64,000 nt of DNA. Source: Candidatus Bathyarchaeota archaeon. GTDB lineage: Archaea > Thermoproteota > Bathyarchaeia > Bathyarchaeales > Bathycorpusculaceae. Location: contig CAVTBV010000001.1 in assembly GCA_963733095.1 (NCBI GenBank), forward strand, positions 157,951-221,950, read 5' to 3'. Positions 19,684-30,270 of the stretch are shown piece by piece. The notes under the pieces were generated by a model. It was given only the letters and a program-made list of their open reading frames with translations. It was not told the DNA's origin and searched no databases. Position numbers and translations under genes: made by a program. Within the stretch, counting starts at the first letter, position 1. Each line of letters begins with the position of its first letter.

Positions 19684-20142
19684 TCACGATTTCTTGGTTG
19701 CTGTTGAACGCTTAGACCAAGTGGTTAAGCTGTAAATCGCTACCGCGAAAAGGCACACCAACACCAGCACCTTAAGATAAGAAAACGAGTCGAAAAGCGA
19801 AACAGACAACAACGTAGCTGGAATCGGCAACAATAGCAAATAGACGAAAGCCACCAGCCCAATTCTATTGCCCACGCTCTCCTTTTTTACAAATCCCCTT
19901 CCGAAAAAAGCGCCTGATAATTTTCCAAAACCGCTCGTGCAAGCCTTGCATTTGTAGCAGCTACTGCAGCCCAGCCTACGTAAGACTGCATAAACCATGA
20001 AAGCCAAAAAAATCAGGTAGAGCCAACTGTAAAGAAAACTGTAAAGCAAGAAGCTGTAGAATGCTAGCAAAATCCATGCTAAAAGCCCAAGGTTCCCCAA
20101 AACAAGAAGTTTGCGGGTGAAGTAGAGTTTTTCTTCAGTCAA
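19684..20142 (-). CDS. Membrane protein with Cys cluster
   Basis: Four TM helices, CSSCYKCKAC loop. Confidence 0.72.
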   Translation of the reverse strand: MTEEKLYFTRKLLVLGNLGLLAWILLAFYSFLLYSFLYSWLYLIFLAFMVYAVLRRLGCSSCYKCKACTSGFGKLSGAFFGRGFVKKESVGNRIGLVAFVYLLLLPIPATLLSVSLFDSFSYLKVLVLVCLFAVAIYSLTTWSKRSTATKKS

Positions 20143-20241
20143 AGCATTTGCTCCTTTTCCTAATGGAGTTTTCTTGCTTATAGGTCATTGGTTTTGAATG
20201 CGTCGTCGTTTTGAAGACGACTTGTGCATGTGTAATATTGG

Positions 20242-20523
20242 CTATTTTTGTTTGATTATGCCGTAGCTTTGCTTTTTCCAAGCGTCACGGAATTTATTGT
20301 AGTAATCTATAGGTTGGAAGACGGGCGCGTAAGTTAACGACCATTCAAGTCCGCATTTGCAGACTGCGTACACTTCTTTGGTTTTAAGGTTCACGCAAAT
20401 CTGCAGTAGTTCTTTTCGGCATTTGGGGCAGTAGTATGGTCCATTTACCATTTGCTTTGCGTCTTTTGTTAGGATCTTCATTCGGCTTCCGGGAATTTTT
20501 TGTCTATCCTTTCCTGAACTCAT
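20242..20523 (-). CDS. Elf1-like zinc-ribbon protein
   Basis: YCPKC..AVCKCGL..QPIDYYNKFRD resembles the archaeal Elf1 pattern. Confidence 0.6.
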   Translation of the reverse strand: MSSGKDRQKIPGSRMKILTKDAKQMVNGPYYCPKCRKELLQICVNLKTKEVYAVCKCGLEWSLTYAPVFQPIDYYNKFRDAWKKQSYGIIKQK

Positions 20524-20945
20524 CTTAGTCAACCTAAACTGCAATATTCATAAGTCGTGACTAAGATATAGGCTTCCCTGCAAAAATGGTTTTCCAGTCT
20601 TTTTTCATCAACTACTTATCCCTAAAGCAACATTGCCATCAACCTTAGCTTATGGGGACAGCGATCAAATTTTATATTTGACTAAGTTTGTTCTTTTGGT
20701 TGAAGGTAGAACCATCGCGTAGAAATGGGCAGGGTATAAATCGAATATTTCCCATTTTCCTCTCACAAGAAAAAGCGCTCTTAAGAAGAAATATCCATAG
20801 ATATGCAATATATTGTTAGTCAATATTCACAATTTTATGGCATTTAACAAACCCTCAACATGAAGTAAGTTATCGTCGCATTGCATATTTTCTGTAGATA
20901 AAATTCTTATCCTCAGCAGTCATTGAGTGCAATGGTTGATTCTCA

Positions 20946-21092
20946 ATGGCACACTGTCCTTTTTGTGGCGCAGATATTGACAAACCCTCAAAGGTGCTGA
21001 AAAACCATGTTTTCAGAATCGAAGGGTATGATTGTGGTAAATGCCACAGTAAATTCAAAATAGCAGTTCAAAAATTGCAAATAGATATGTAA
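20946..21092 (+). CDS. 48-aa CxxC small protein, Cren7-like (absent from the ORF track)
   Basis: Own translation: MAHCPFCGADIDKPSKVLKNHVFRIEGYDCGKCHSKFKIAVQKLQIDM. Confidence 0.6.
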   Translation: MAHCPFCGADIDKPSKVLKNHVFRIEGYDCGKCHSKFKIAVQKLQIDM

Positions 21093-21294
21093 GCATTAAC
21101 CTAACAGCAGTCTTTTTTTTCATATTGTTTGCAGGTTGCAACGGGCAGTGTGTCTAGGACGTAAAACAGTCTATCACATATCTTTCCAATATTGAGAAAA
21201 CTAAGCTATTTCGAGAATATGCGTCACTTTAAGGAACTTTTCTAAAAATTCAAATACGTAAACTAATGTTTGTAAAGTGAAGGTATGATTTAAA

Positions 21295-21549
21295 ATGAAA
21301 AAATTCTCACAAGTTAATTTCAACAGGTTGCTTAAACAGTACAAAGCACTAAGTGGAGAAAGGTTGGAAATAGAGAATGAGCTTCTTAGGTCATATGAGT
21401 CTTTAACTGTTGATAAAACTGTAACATTAACCTCTGCATCAACTTCTGATAAATTCAAAACAATCATATCCTTGAGGGAAAGGTTGAAAATCGTAAGTAA
21501 AGAAATGAAGAAGATAGACAAGAAGATTTTGAAATCGTTTGAAGACTAA
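21295..21549 (+). CDS. Small coiled-coil hypothetical protein
   Basis: 84-aa Lys/Glu-rich helical ORF with ATG start. Confidence 0.5.
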   Translation: MKKFSQVNFNRLLKQYKALSGERLEIENELLRSYESLTVDKTVTLTSASTSDKFKTIISLRERLKIVSKEMKKIDKKILKSFED

Positions 21550-21635
21550 TCTATTTTCTTCTTCACACTCCAAAAATAGTTCTTAACATCTCTATCCCGT
21601 AATTTAATAAATTAACAAAAAACACATAAACCACT

Positions 21636-21920
21636 ATGTCATCCAAGAGACTAACAACTTACATTATTGTTTTCAATATTGTGATGAGTTTACTGCTATT
21701 ACCATCTAGCCAATTGATTCTCTCAGAGCTAATAAGCACAGACAAAGTAGTAAGGATCAGTAGGTGTATCTATTGATACCCAATACATTGGTCCAATCGA
21801 ATTAACCCCTACAGGAGTTGGAGCACTATTATGGAATTATCCATTGTTTGTATTTATCTTTACATTAATAGTAATGCCATCTTCATCATAACACTAAGAT
21901 GAGAAAACAAAGCAGACTGA
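21636..21920 (+). pseudogene. Frameshifted small membrane-protein gene
   Basis: MSSKRLTTYIIVFNIVMSLLLL.. continues after shifts as VGVSIDTQYIGPIELTPTGVGALLWNYPLFVFIFTLIV. Confidence 0.45.
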
Positions 21921-22301
21921 CGCTCCCAAATTACCTTCTAATGGTCACTAAATAGCTCTTTCAGCTCTCTGGTCAGCTCCAAGCCATAAGGAAGCATTAA
22001 AATCAAGATTAAATGTGTAAAGTTAGAATGCCGATGTAAGAAGATGGGTTTAACTCAGATATTTCTAAACAGAGAAGGCACTATCAGGTATGATAGGATT
22101 CTCTATTATTCCCATAATGATTCATTGACTCATAAGCCCCAATTTACTTATTGCAAGATAGATAACTTGACGCTCTGAAAGATTTATTAAAATCACACAA
22201 TATTTCATTGGATACTGAAAAGGCAATAAGTGGTCAAATAGGTCAAGCATGGAATGTTGACCTATTAAAGCCTGAAGTGAGCCTTAATCAGCAAAACAAG
22301 G

Positions 22302-22380
22302 GCGGTTGTCGTCTAGTCTGGTTTAGGACTTTAGCCTTCCAAGCTAATGATCCCGGGTTCAAATCCCGGCGACCGCACCA
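22302..22380 (+). tRNA. tRNA-Gly(TCC), intronless, CCA encoded
   Basis: Acceptor GCGGTTG/CGACCGC, anticodon arm TTAGC-CTTCCAA-GCTAA, T-loop GGTTCAAATCC, ends ACCA. Confidence 0.97.
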
Positions 22381-22469
22381 TTTTATTCTTAATTTTGAGT
22401 CTTTGAACTGTTGCAAATTGATTTGTGCAGAAACAGCTTTTTGAATGGGTATTCTGGAAGATTAATTTT

Positions 22470-22803
22470 ATGGCAAAATACCATGACATTGTAAAAGGAA
22501 CTGTAAAATAAGCCTTTAGAACTGTAAGTTAAGTGTATTGCCCCATTTTCATGGTAAAGAGCATGGTAAACAAAAAGCTATTTTATAGTATTTGTAATCA
22601 GCCCAAAACATGGTTTATTCGTTTATCGGCGTGATTTACCGTGCTTTTAGCGTAAATAGGCGTGTAAACAGAATGATTATTGCCATTTAACTTATAAAAA
22701 GCCGTTTTGCCATGTGCTGCTCTTGTAAACATTAATTTGGCAGAAGAAGCGCGAGACTAGTCGTAAATAATGAAAAATAAGCGATAAAATAATTGATGGC
22801 AAT
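22470..22803. repeat. Cluster of ATGGYAAW-like 8-mers downstream of tRNA-Gly
   Basis: Direct copies at 22470, 22551, 22563, 22796 (weaker at 22610); inverted at 22635, 22679, 22706. Confidence 0.45.
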
Positions 22804-23296
22804 CAATCAACAATCAGAAATTCAATAACGAACATCATAATTGGTTGAAATTAACCTTAAAAAACTTTATAGTACGCCGATGTCACATTAAATTCTATAT
22901 AAAAAAATCCATCTAACACACTCTAACAATTAGTCAGATACAACATCAATAATCACAGACAGTATAAACGCACGTATTAGACAGCTACACAAAAAAAGAG
23001 TTTACACGCAAAATTGCAAAGACAATCTACAGAAGCAACTGACCTAATCAAACCATTTAGAGCCATTAATTGGTTAAGCACTTTTTTGCCTAGTAATGTA
23101 AAGGCGTTTTAACTAATCAATCTATCAGAAAATAGAAAAACCGAGAGGTTCCTCTCTCAAACAAGTGTTGGAAGTGCCTAGTTACAAGCATCAAGTTACA
23201 GTTTCGCATCGGTTATTAACAGATTTTAGCTTAGAACAGCTTCTTTAAAAAATAAGCCTAGTTTAATTAAGAGATTAGCCTACATAAATAAGCAAT

Positions 23297-23491
23297 ATGA
23301 CGATGCCTCCCTATTATGAGGCGATGCTCCCTATACTCAGGATAACATCCGATAAAAAAGAGCATTCGTTAAAAGAAACAGAACTGCTAGCGAAATTTTA
23401 TTTTAGAATTGGCTTGTTAGCTTATGCCGACCTTTTCCTTATGAAGGTGGGTATCCACCCTCTATCAGTCACATATGAGATAGAGAAGTAA
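23297..23491 (+). pseudogene. Mrr restriction endonuclease N-terminal (winged-helix) remnant
   Basis: MPPYYEAMLPILRITSDKKEHSLKE matches the Mrr_N pattern; similarity is lost after about 35 aa. Confidence 0.65.
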
Positions 23492-23536
23492 GTAATCAAA
23501 TTATAATCAGTAAAGTAATAGAATAATTGTCAGGTA

Positions 23537-23896
23537 TTATGGTAATAGATTAATCAAGCTAGAGTTTATTTTTCTATTGTTTTTATTGGCAACTTCAAAG
23601 AAGCTGTTGAACCTGTCTATGTCTCGGCTGGCATGAATTGTGAATACGGCTTTGTCAGTTGAAGCCACTATCTTATCACTAAGTTGTTTAACTTGAGGTT
23701 CAGAATAATTTTGTCGTGTTTCTTTAACCGCCATTCTGGTGCCTTCACAAATTAAGGCAATTGGCTCAACATCTTTAGCTTTTTTAAGGAAGTTTTCTGT
23801 AGGTAAATAAGGTGAAGCTAAGTCAACACTGTGGAATGATGTTTTTATTTTCTTTCTTACGCCAAGTTCTGTTGTGCGCCAAGTTTGCCACTCCAT
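23537..23896 (-). pseudogene. Internal fragment of a beta-CASP / RNase J-like MBL nuclease
   Basis: TENFLKKAK..ALICEGTR..SE..V..RDIDRFNSFFEVANKNNRK; the HxHxDH region is absent. Confidence 0.65.
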
Positions 23897-24192
23897 TTCT
23901 AACTGTGACTGAGTTTTATTTCCTATGGCTTCAGAAGTCTTAAAAAAGCTGTAAAAATTAGAACCTCAGAACTTGTGCCAAATGCAGTGCCCAAAAATTA
24001 CAGAGCTAATTAGCTTGTTGAAATGCTTATGCAAACAAAGATTTAATTTGTCGGCTACCGGCACTAAAATTTGCGCAATTCTTAAAAGGCAACATCCCCG
24101 TGATTCTACTTTATGCGGGTGCTCGTTGAGCTTAAGGCTATGTGCAAGTGTGTTTATGATTTGATGGTGAAACGTGGGAGGTTTAGCGTAAC

Positions 24193-24849
24193 TTGTCGAT
24201 TAAAATATCAACGCTTGTTTTAACCTCAAGCAAGTTAATCCCTAACAGCCCAGAAAAACTCAGAGGGAATATTGCATCTAAACACTTAAACAACCTGTTG
24301 TTTCATCAACACTTGCAAAACAGTAAATTAGCGTATAGATATCCATTAATACATTACTTAATTTTGCGAGGGCAAGCAATAATTTTTGGTATACAAGCCG
24401 GCGCAGATGAAGTATCAAAGTTATTTAGTGAATTAGATGACCTAACCATTGGAACTGAAAAATATCCTATCCTTGATAAACGATTAAACATAAAAGCTCA
24501 CATATTTACGGTTATAGATTCACAGAAGCAATACTATTTCGTTACACCGTGGCTGGCTTTAAACAATACTAATTACGTGAAATACAATGATGCAAATTGG
24601 ATCACAAGAAAAGAATTATTATCGCGGATACTCATAGGGAACATACTTTCCGCAACAAAAGGGCTCGACATCAAAGTAGATAAAAAAATTTTTGCTGAAA
24701 TACAATATGTTAAACCCGTTAATTGCAACATAAAGGACAGTTTCATACTAGGGTTTTACGGGCAATTCAAAATAAACTTTGATATGCCTCCATTATTCAG
24801 TATAGGTAAATCAGTATCTAGAGGATTTGGGGTTATTTTGGAGGGATAG
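24193..24849 (+). CDS. cas6: CRISPR-associated endoribonuclease Cas6 (Cas6b type)
   Basis: YRYPLIHY, FVTPWLALN, ILIGNILS, C-terminal G-rich loop IGKSVSRGFG. Confidence 0.92.
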   Translation: MSIKISTLVLTSSKLIPNSPEKLRGNIASKHLNNLLFHQHLQNSKLAYRYPLIHYLILRGQAIIFGIQAGADEVSKLFSELDDLTIGTEKYPILDKRLNIKAHIFTVIDSQKQYYFVTPWLALNNTNYVKYNDANWITRKELLSRILIGNILSATKGLDIKVDKKIFAEIQYVKPVNCNIKDSFILGFYGQFKINFDMPPLFSIGKSVSRGFGVILEG

Positions 24850-24851
24850 AA

Positions 24852-25823
24852 ATGCAGCTTGTTATAAACAATTTTGGTGCATATCTTAGGAAACATAATG
24901 ACATGTTTCTGGTCATGATGGATGAAAAAAATATTGAGGTGCCTGTAATTAAAGTGGACAATATTTGGATATCCACTTCAGCTCTCGTTTCTACTGACGC
25001 TATTCAGTGTGCGATGAAAAACAATATTGATATTGTATTCCTTGACGAATATGGCGATCCATACGCTAGAGTATGGCACCCCAATTTAGGGAGCACACCA
25101 TTGATTAGGCGGAGACAATTAGAAGCAAGTGTAGGTGATAAAGGACTCGACTTAGTTAAAGAATGGATCGAAAAGAAACTGAAAAATCAAATTGACTTGT
25201 TAAAGAAACTGAAAAAAACTAGACCGGTGCAGCAAGAGCAATTAGCATTTGTTATTGAACAGATTCAAAAATATAATAAGCAAATTTGTGAACTTGAGGG
25301 TAAAATTGACGAAAGCCGGCAAAAAATTCTTGGTCTTGAGGGCATTTCATCACGCATATATTTTGAGGCCCTTTCAGATGCGCTGTCACAAAAATGGAAA
25401 TTCAAAGGTAGAAGTAGGCGTCCGGCAAAGGATCCTTTTAATTGCACTTTAAATTATGGGTATGGTGTTCTTTATAGCATAGTTGAAAGAACCTGTATTT
25501 TAGCGGGGCTTGATCCTTACGTTGGTTTTCTTCACACTGATGATTATAACAAAAAATCGTTTGTTTTTGACGTTATAGAGCAGTATAGAAGTCATGTTGA
25601 CGAGATAGTGCTTTTTCTTTTTACACGTAAAATGATGAACGATACCTGTTTTGATTTGGTTGAAGGTGGATGTGTGTTAAATGATAATGGTAAAAAGATT
25701 TTAATGACCACTTTAAATGATCATTTCGACACGTACGTTATGTATCAACGAAAGAAAACTAAGATACGAAATATTATCCAATCTAACTGTTACTGCATAG
25801 CAAATGAACTAACTGGAAAGTGA
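24852..25823 (+). CDS. cas1: CRISPR-associated endonuclease Cas1
   Basis: LGLEGISSRIYF, DPFNCTLNYGYGVLY, GLDPYVGFLH, FDVIEQYR. Confidence 0.97.
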   Translation: MQLVINNFGAYLRKHNDMFLVMMDEKNIEVPVIKVDNIWISTSALVSTDAIQCAMKNNIDIVFLDEYGDPYARVWHPNLGSTPLIRRRQLEASVGDKGLDLVKEWIEKKLKNQIDLLKKLKKTRPVQQEQLAFVIEQIQKYNKQICELEGKIDESRQKILGLEGISSRIYFEALSDALSQKWKFKGRSRRPAKDPFNCTLNYGYGVLYSIVERTCILAGLDPYVGFLHTDDYNKKSFVFDVIEQYRSHVDEIVLFLFTRKMMNDTCFDLVEGGCVLNDNGKKILMTTLNDHFDTYVMYQRKKTKIRNIIQSNCYCIANELTGK

Positions 25824-26116
25824 CTTCTTTGCTTGTTTGGGTGATATATGATATTAGCGACAACAGTGTCCGAAATGTCGTGGCTAATCGATGTAAAGGT
25901 TATGGGTTATACAGGGTTCAGAAAAGCGCTTTCTTAGGTACATTGAATTCTAGTCAGCTGGATTCTCTCGCCCTTGAATGTCGAGATTTGATCGAAGAAA
26001 CCGATTCAGTATATGTTTTTCCAATGTGTGATAAGTGTTTAAAGCAAATACAATTACTGGGAAAAGACTTTGACCTTGAGCTTGTGAGGGATAAGCTTGG
26101 CATCATGTTTCTCTGA
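25820..26116 (+). CDS. cas2: CRISPR-associated protein Cas2
   Basis: VIYDIS, RVQKSAF, DSVYVFPMC. Confidence 0.96.
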   Translation: MTSLLVWVIYDISDNSVRNVVANRCKGYGLYRVQKSAFLGTLNSSQLDSLALECRDLIEETDSVYVFPMCDKCLKQIQLLGKDFDLELVRDKLGIMFL

Positions 26117-26696
26117 AGAGTCAATCACAATTAGCGATGTAATTGAGTATCTTTTCTGTCCTCGCTTCACCTATTTTATTCATTGTTTGGGAATACCTCA
26201 ACGTGAGGGGCGATTAATTAAAGTGCAGAAGGGCAGAGCACTTCATAAAAGTAAAGAGAAAACAAACCTTGGATATCTGAGGAAACGATACCGAGTAACG
26301 GATAAACTCATTGGGATTTATCTTTGCTCAAAGAAACACCGGATTAGAGGTAGTATGGATGAGGTGCTTTTTTTTGATGATGGTTCAGCGGCGCCATTAG
26401 ACTATAAATTTGCTAAATACAGTAATCACGTTTTTAATACTCATAAATACCAATCTGCGTTGTATGGATTAATGATAGCGGAACATTTCAATCGTCCCGT
26501 GCATAGAGGTTATCTGTGTTATTGCCGTAGCGGAAACAAGATTGTGGAGATACCATTAAATGAGAAACTGTTTCAGCAAGCAGGGGACATAATAAAGAAC
26601 ATATTTTTTATTATTCAAAGGGAAGAGTTTCCCGAAGTAACGGGAAATAAGAAACGATGCGTTGATTGCTGCTACAGACGAATCTGTCCACATTGA
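26097..26696 (+). CDS. cas4: CRISPR-associated exonuclease Cas4
   Basis: YLFCPR, G..DE..PLDYK, QSALY, C-terminal CVDCCYRRIC Fe-S motif. Confidence 0.95.
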   Translation: MASCFSEESITISDVIEYLFCPRFTYFIHCLGIPQREGRLIKVQKGRALHKSKEKTNLGYLRKRYRVTDKLIGIYLCSKKHRIRGSMDEVLFFDDGSAAPLDYKFAKYSNHVFNTHKYQSALYGLMIAEHFNRPVHRGYLCYCRSGNKIVEIPLNEKLFQQAGDIIKNIFFIIQREEFPEVTGNKKRCVDCCYRRICPH

Positions 26697-26738
26697 TGCA
26701 AAATGTTTTAAGCAATATTTGCTGTTATTCAGTGCATT
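26697..26738 (+). promoter_or_regulatory. Possible internal TATA promoter for cas8b-cas7-cas5-cas3
   Basis: TTTTAAG about 30 nt upstream of the cas8b ATG, in the only sizeable gap in the cas operon. Confidence 0.4.
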
Positions 26739-28640
26739 ATGATCGAAGCCATCTATAACGTTGGCGTTTACTCCTTAAGTAATAAGCATGTTAGTCTTGA
26801 TGATGTTGAACATGCAACTGAAATCTTATGTGAAGACCCAAAAAGTTCAGATCTTTATAAAACCATAATAACTGTAGAGCTTAGCAAAAAAGGCGAAGAT
26901 ATAACTTTTATTCGAGTTGGAACCGACGAATATACATCAGACAAAGTAGCCAGTTATCTTTACAGGCGTGGTAGTTCAAATGGGCCAGATCTTTCTCCTA
27001 CATGTAGATTAACAGAGCCTAAGAAAACGTTTAGAGGGAAATTTCTCAAATGGTTCGATGCTGACTTTTCTGATCCTTCATACGGGCTCACCGAAGATGA
27101 ACGTGCGCTCCTCACTAGCATCAAAGCATGTATACTATCAAACAGCAAACAAATACTTGAAGACATCACCGCTGAATATAATTCTCTTAAAAAAGAGAGA
27201 CAAAGTGGAATAATCACAATAATTCTTCACGACAAGGGTGAAAAAAAATATCTCGGAGACATTTCTGCGTTTAGGAAAATATTACGTGTAAATGCTTTGG
27301 CAAATTATTCTCAAAAATTTAATAAAATCTCAAAATCAAAAAACCAGACATGTGCTATTTGTAAAGAAAAAAGGGCTGAAGTGTACGGTTTTGTTTCAAC
27401 TTATAATTTCTATACAGTTGATAAGCCAGGCATGGTATCTGGGGGCTTTGATCAAAGCAAAGCTTGGAAAAACTATCCTGTCTGTAGAAATTGCGCGTTA
27501 ACTCTTGAAGAAGGTAAAAAATTTCTAGAAGAAAATGCCACGTTTAGATTTTACAGTTTTGATTATTTCTTGATTCCAAAGTCTGTAACGATTAACGTTA
27601 ATGATGAAGTTTACGAACCACTGCAATATTATCATGCGAAAGGGGCACAAATTAGGTTAACAAAAGTTTATAAAAAACTATTGGACGAAACAGAGGACGA
27701 TATATTTGATTATATTTCAGGTAAACCTAACACGTTCCAATGTAATATCCTAATTTATGCTGCTTCAAATAATGAATTCAAGATTTTACGGTATATTGAA
27801 GGTGTATTCCCGAGTAGATTACGTGAACTCTTCAAAGTAAAAGAGTCTGTTGACCAAAACCGGTATTTTAAAGAATATACTGTCAAGGTTTATGAGAAAA
27901 AGAAACAAACTGGAGAAAAACCACTGGAGTTTAACTTCGGTTCGTTTTGGTATTTTTTCGGAAAACGAATGGATGAAGATAAGAGTTCATATTTCCTTGA
28001 TATTGTAACCAAGGTTTTCCAGAACGAAAAAGTTAGCTACCGTTTCTTCATCAACGGTATAGTTAACCGTATGAGGAAACAGTTTGCACAGGATTACAGT
28101 ACAAAGGAGGCTGGAATGAGAGGTCTCTGTTCTTTGCTATATCTCCAGCGATTAGGTATTCTAAGTGATTATGATCACGGTGATAAGATGAATGAAAATA
28201 AACTTCGTGAAATAATAAGCGATCCCAAACATGAAAATAGCACACAAAAACTCGAAGCCGTCTTTAATAGTTTCCCTGAATTCTTCAACAGAAACTCTAC
28301 GCGTGCAGTTTTCATTGTAGGCGCTCTCACGCAACTTCTAATTGACATCCAATGCATTATTAGGGGTGTCCCACCCGCACGTGCACCGTTCAGGGTAAAA
28401 CTTCTGGGTCTTCGGTTAGATCAAAGAAAAGTTGAATCACTTTTTCCGGAAATACAGAACAAGTTTGAAGAATACGAGAAAAACTATTATAGTCAATTGG
28501 AGAAACTTGCTACCGAGTATTTAATTCAAGCTGGCACTGATTGGAGGCTATCCAAAGATGAAGTTAGTTTCTATTTCGTGCTGGGAATGAATTTGGCTAG
28601 CTATTTAAAACAATCAAAAGAGTTGAAAAATGATGAGTGA
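26739..28640 (+). CDS. cas8b: Type I-B large subunit Cas8b (Csh1/TM1802 family)
   Basis: YLYRRGSSNG, CAIC..FYTVDKPG..KNYPVCRNC, C-terminal FYFVLGM. Confidence 0.92.
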   Translation: MIEAIYNVGVYSLSNKHVSLDDVEHATEILCEDPKSSDLYKTIITVELSKKGEDITFIRVGTDEYTSDKVASYLYRRGSSNGPDLSPTCRLTEPKKTFRGKFLKWFDADFSDPSYGLTEDERALLTSIKACILSNSKQILEDITAEYNSLKKERQSGIITIILHDKGEKKYLGDISAFRKILRVNALANYSQKFNKISKSKNQTCAICKEKRAEVYGFVSTYNFYTVDKPGMVSGGFDQSKAWKNYPVCRNCALTLEEGKKFLEENATFRFYSFDYFLIPKSVTINVNDEVYEPLQYYHAKGAQIRLTKVYKKLLDETEDDIFDYISGKPNTFQCNILIYAASNNEFKILRYIEGVFPSRLRELFKVKESVDQNRYFKEYTVKVYEKKKQTGEKPLEFNFGSFWYFFGKRMDEDKSSYFLDIVTKVFQNEKVSYRFFINGIVNRMRKQFAQDYSTKEAGMRGLCSLLYLQRLGILSDYDHGDKMNENKLREIISDPKHENSTQKLEAVFNSFPEFFNRNSTRAVFIVGALTQLLIDIQCIIRGVPPARAPFRVKLLGLRLDQRKVESLFPEIQNKFEEYEKNYYSQLEKLATEYLIQAGTDWRLSKDEVSFYFVLGMNLASYLKQSKELKNDE

Positions 28641-29550
28641 AATAGTATCTAACAGATCTGAAATAGTTTTTCTCTATGACGTTAAGGATAGTAATCCTAA
28701 TGGGGATCCTTTGGATGAGAATAAGCCGCGCATAGACGAAGAGAGCATGTTAAATCTCGTTACGGATGTTCGATTAAAAAGAACAGTTCGCGATTATCTG
28801 TATGACTTCCGTAACGAAGAGGTATTCATTTTAGGCGTGAAAAAAGATGACGGTACACTAAAGACTAAAGAAGAACGCATGACTGATCTGAAAATTGAAT
28901 CGGCTAACGATCTGACCAATAAATGTATCGATATACGGTTATTTGGAGCGACAGCTGCAGTTAAAAAGAATACTATTATTTTCACAGGGCCTGTCCAGTT
29001 TAAGATAGGGCGATCTTTGCATAAAGTGCAGCTAAAATTCATTAAGGGTACGACAGTTTATCCATCAGATAAAGGTAAAGATCAAGGTACTTTTACTGAG
29101 ATGTATGTTCTTCCGTATAGTCTCATAGGTTTCTATGGGGTAGTTAACGAGAACGCTGCTAAACACACTAAGCTTACAAATAGTGACGTTGACCTGTTGA
29201 TGGATGCCCTTTGGAACGGAACTAAAAATTTGATTAGTCGTTCTAAAGTTGGTCAGGTGCCTAGGCTTCTCTTGAAAATAAACTACAAAGAAAAAAACTA
29301 TCACATAGGCGATCTTAACGCTTTACTCGTACTCAAATCGGAAATTAGAGATGAAGAAATTAGAGACATCGACGATTACGTTCTAAATGTGACTCAGTTA
29401 CTTGACAAACTACGTGCTAATGCCGACAAAATAAGGGATATAGATCTGATGCTTGATGAACGGTTAACATTCAAACGCGAAAGTGACCAAATTGATCTGA
29501 CAAAAGAGCTTGTTAAACAAGGCTTAACAGTGAATCAGCTTGATCTCTAA
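28630..29550 (+). CDS. cas7b: Type I-B Cas7 (Csh2)
   Basis: NPNGDPLDENKPRID, VTDVRLKRTVRDY, DIRLFG, TGPVQF, SRSKVGQVPR. Confidence 0.96.
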   Translation: MMSEIVSNRSEIVFLYDVKDSNPNGDPLDENKPRIDEESMLNLVTDVRLKRTVRDYLYDFRNEEVFILGVKKDDGTLKTKEERMTDLKIESANDLTNKCIDIRLFGATAAVKKNTIIFTGPVQFKIGRSLHKVQLKFIKGTTVYPSDKGKDQGTFTEMYVLPYSLIGFYGVVNENAAKHTKLTNSDVDLLMDALWNGTKNLISRSKVGQVPRLLLKINYKEKNYHIGDLNALLVLKSEIRDEEIRDIDDYVLNVTQLLDKLRANADKIRDIDLMLDERLTFKRESDQIDLTKELVKQGLTVNQLDL

Positions 29551-29559
29551 TTGTGATGT

Positions 29560-30270
29560 ATGATGGATAAGGCTCTTGTCTTTGACCTTTGGGGCGACTA
29601 CGCCCACTTTAGGAAACATTATACCACAACAAGTCCCCTTACTTTTTCTATACCACCCAGAACAACATTATGTGGGCTCTTAGCTGCAATTATTGGTTTA
29701 GATAAAACAGAGTATCTTCGTTATTTTTCCGATAAAGATGCTTCAGTAGCCGTGCAATTACTAAGTGAAGTGAAAAAGATTACATTTGCTGAAAATCTTA
29801 TCGATACAAAAAAGGCGGGAAAAATGATGAACCAGATAAAACAGCGGACCCAGATACGCTTTGAGTTTCTAAAAAATCCGAAATACAGGATTTTTGTCTA
29901 TCATCAAGATGAATCCATTTATCGGAAACTCAAGGAAATGTTGGAAGCTCATAAAACAGTTTACACGCCCTGTTTAGGATTAAGTGAATTATTAGCTAAT
30001 TTCAATTACGTGGATGAGTACAATGCGGAAACAGTTGAAGCACAATCTGAAATTGAGATTTTAACCGCTTTGCCTAAAAAGAACATGATAGAGCTAATTT
30101 TCCAAGATGAGTATGAGTATTTATCAGAGACTATGCCCGGGAACATGCTCCCAGATAGAACCATTACTGAGTATGAACAGGTGATTTTTGAAAGAAAAAC
30201 TAGACCTGTAAAAGCAAGGGTAAATCAGTTCATCCGACTTGAAACCAATGAAGCCATCACTTTCCTTTAA
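29560..30270 (+). CDS. cas5b: Type I-B Cas5
   Basis: GDYAHFRK..SPLTFSIPPRT, YTPCLGLSE. Confidence 0.95.
   Translation: MMDKALVFDLWGDYAHFRKHYTTTSPLTFSIPPRTTLCGLLAAIIGLDKTEYLRYFSDKDASVAVQLLSEVKKITFAENLIDTKKAGKMMNQIKQRTQIRFEFLKNPKYRIFVYHQDESIYRKLKEMLEAHKTVYTPCLGLSELLANFNYVDEYNAETVEAQSEIEILTALPKKNMIELIFQDEYEYLSETMPGNMLPDRTITEYEQVIFERKTRPVKARVNQFIRLETNEAITFL

Noticed and set aside
22208-22444. 78-aa ORF
   Set aside because: Overlaps tRNA-Gly; spurious.
23900-24192. CreTA-like mini-array or degenerate repeats upstream of cas6
   Set aside because: Only 5-7-nt matches to the repeat (GTCGG, TGAAAC) without proper spacing; the cas4-cas8b gap is too short to hold one.
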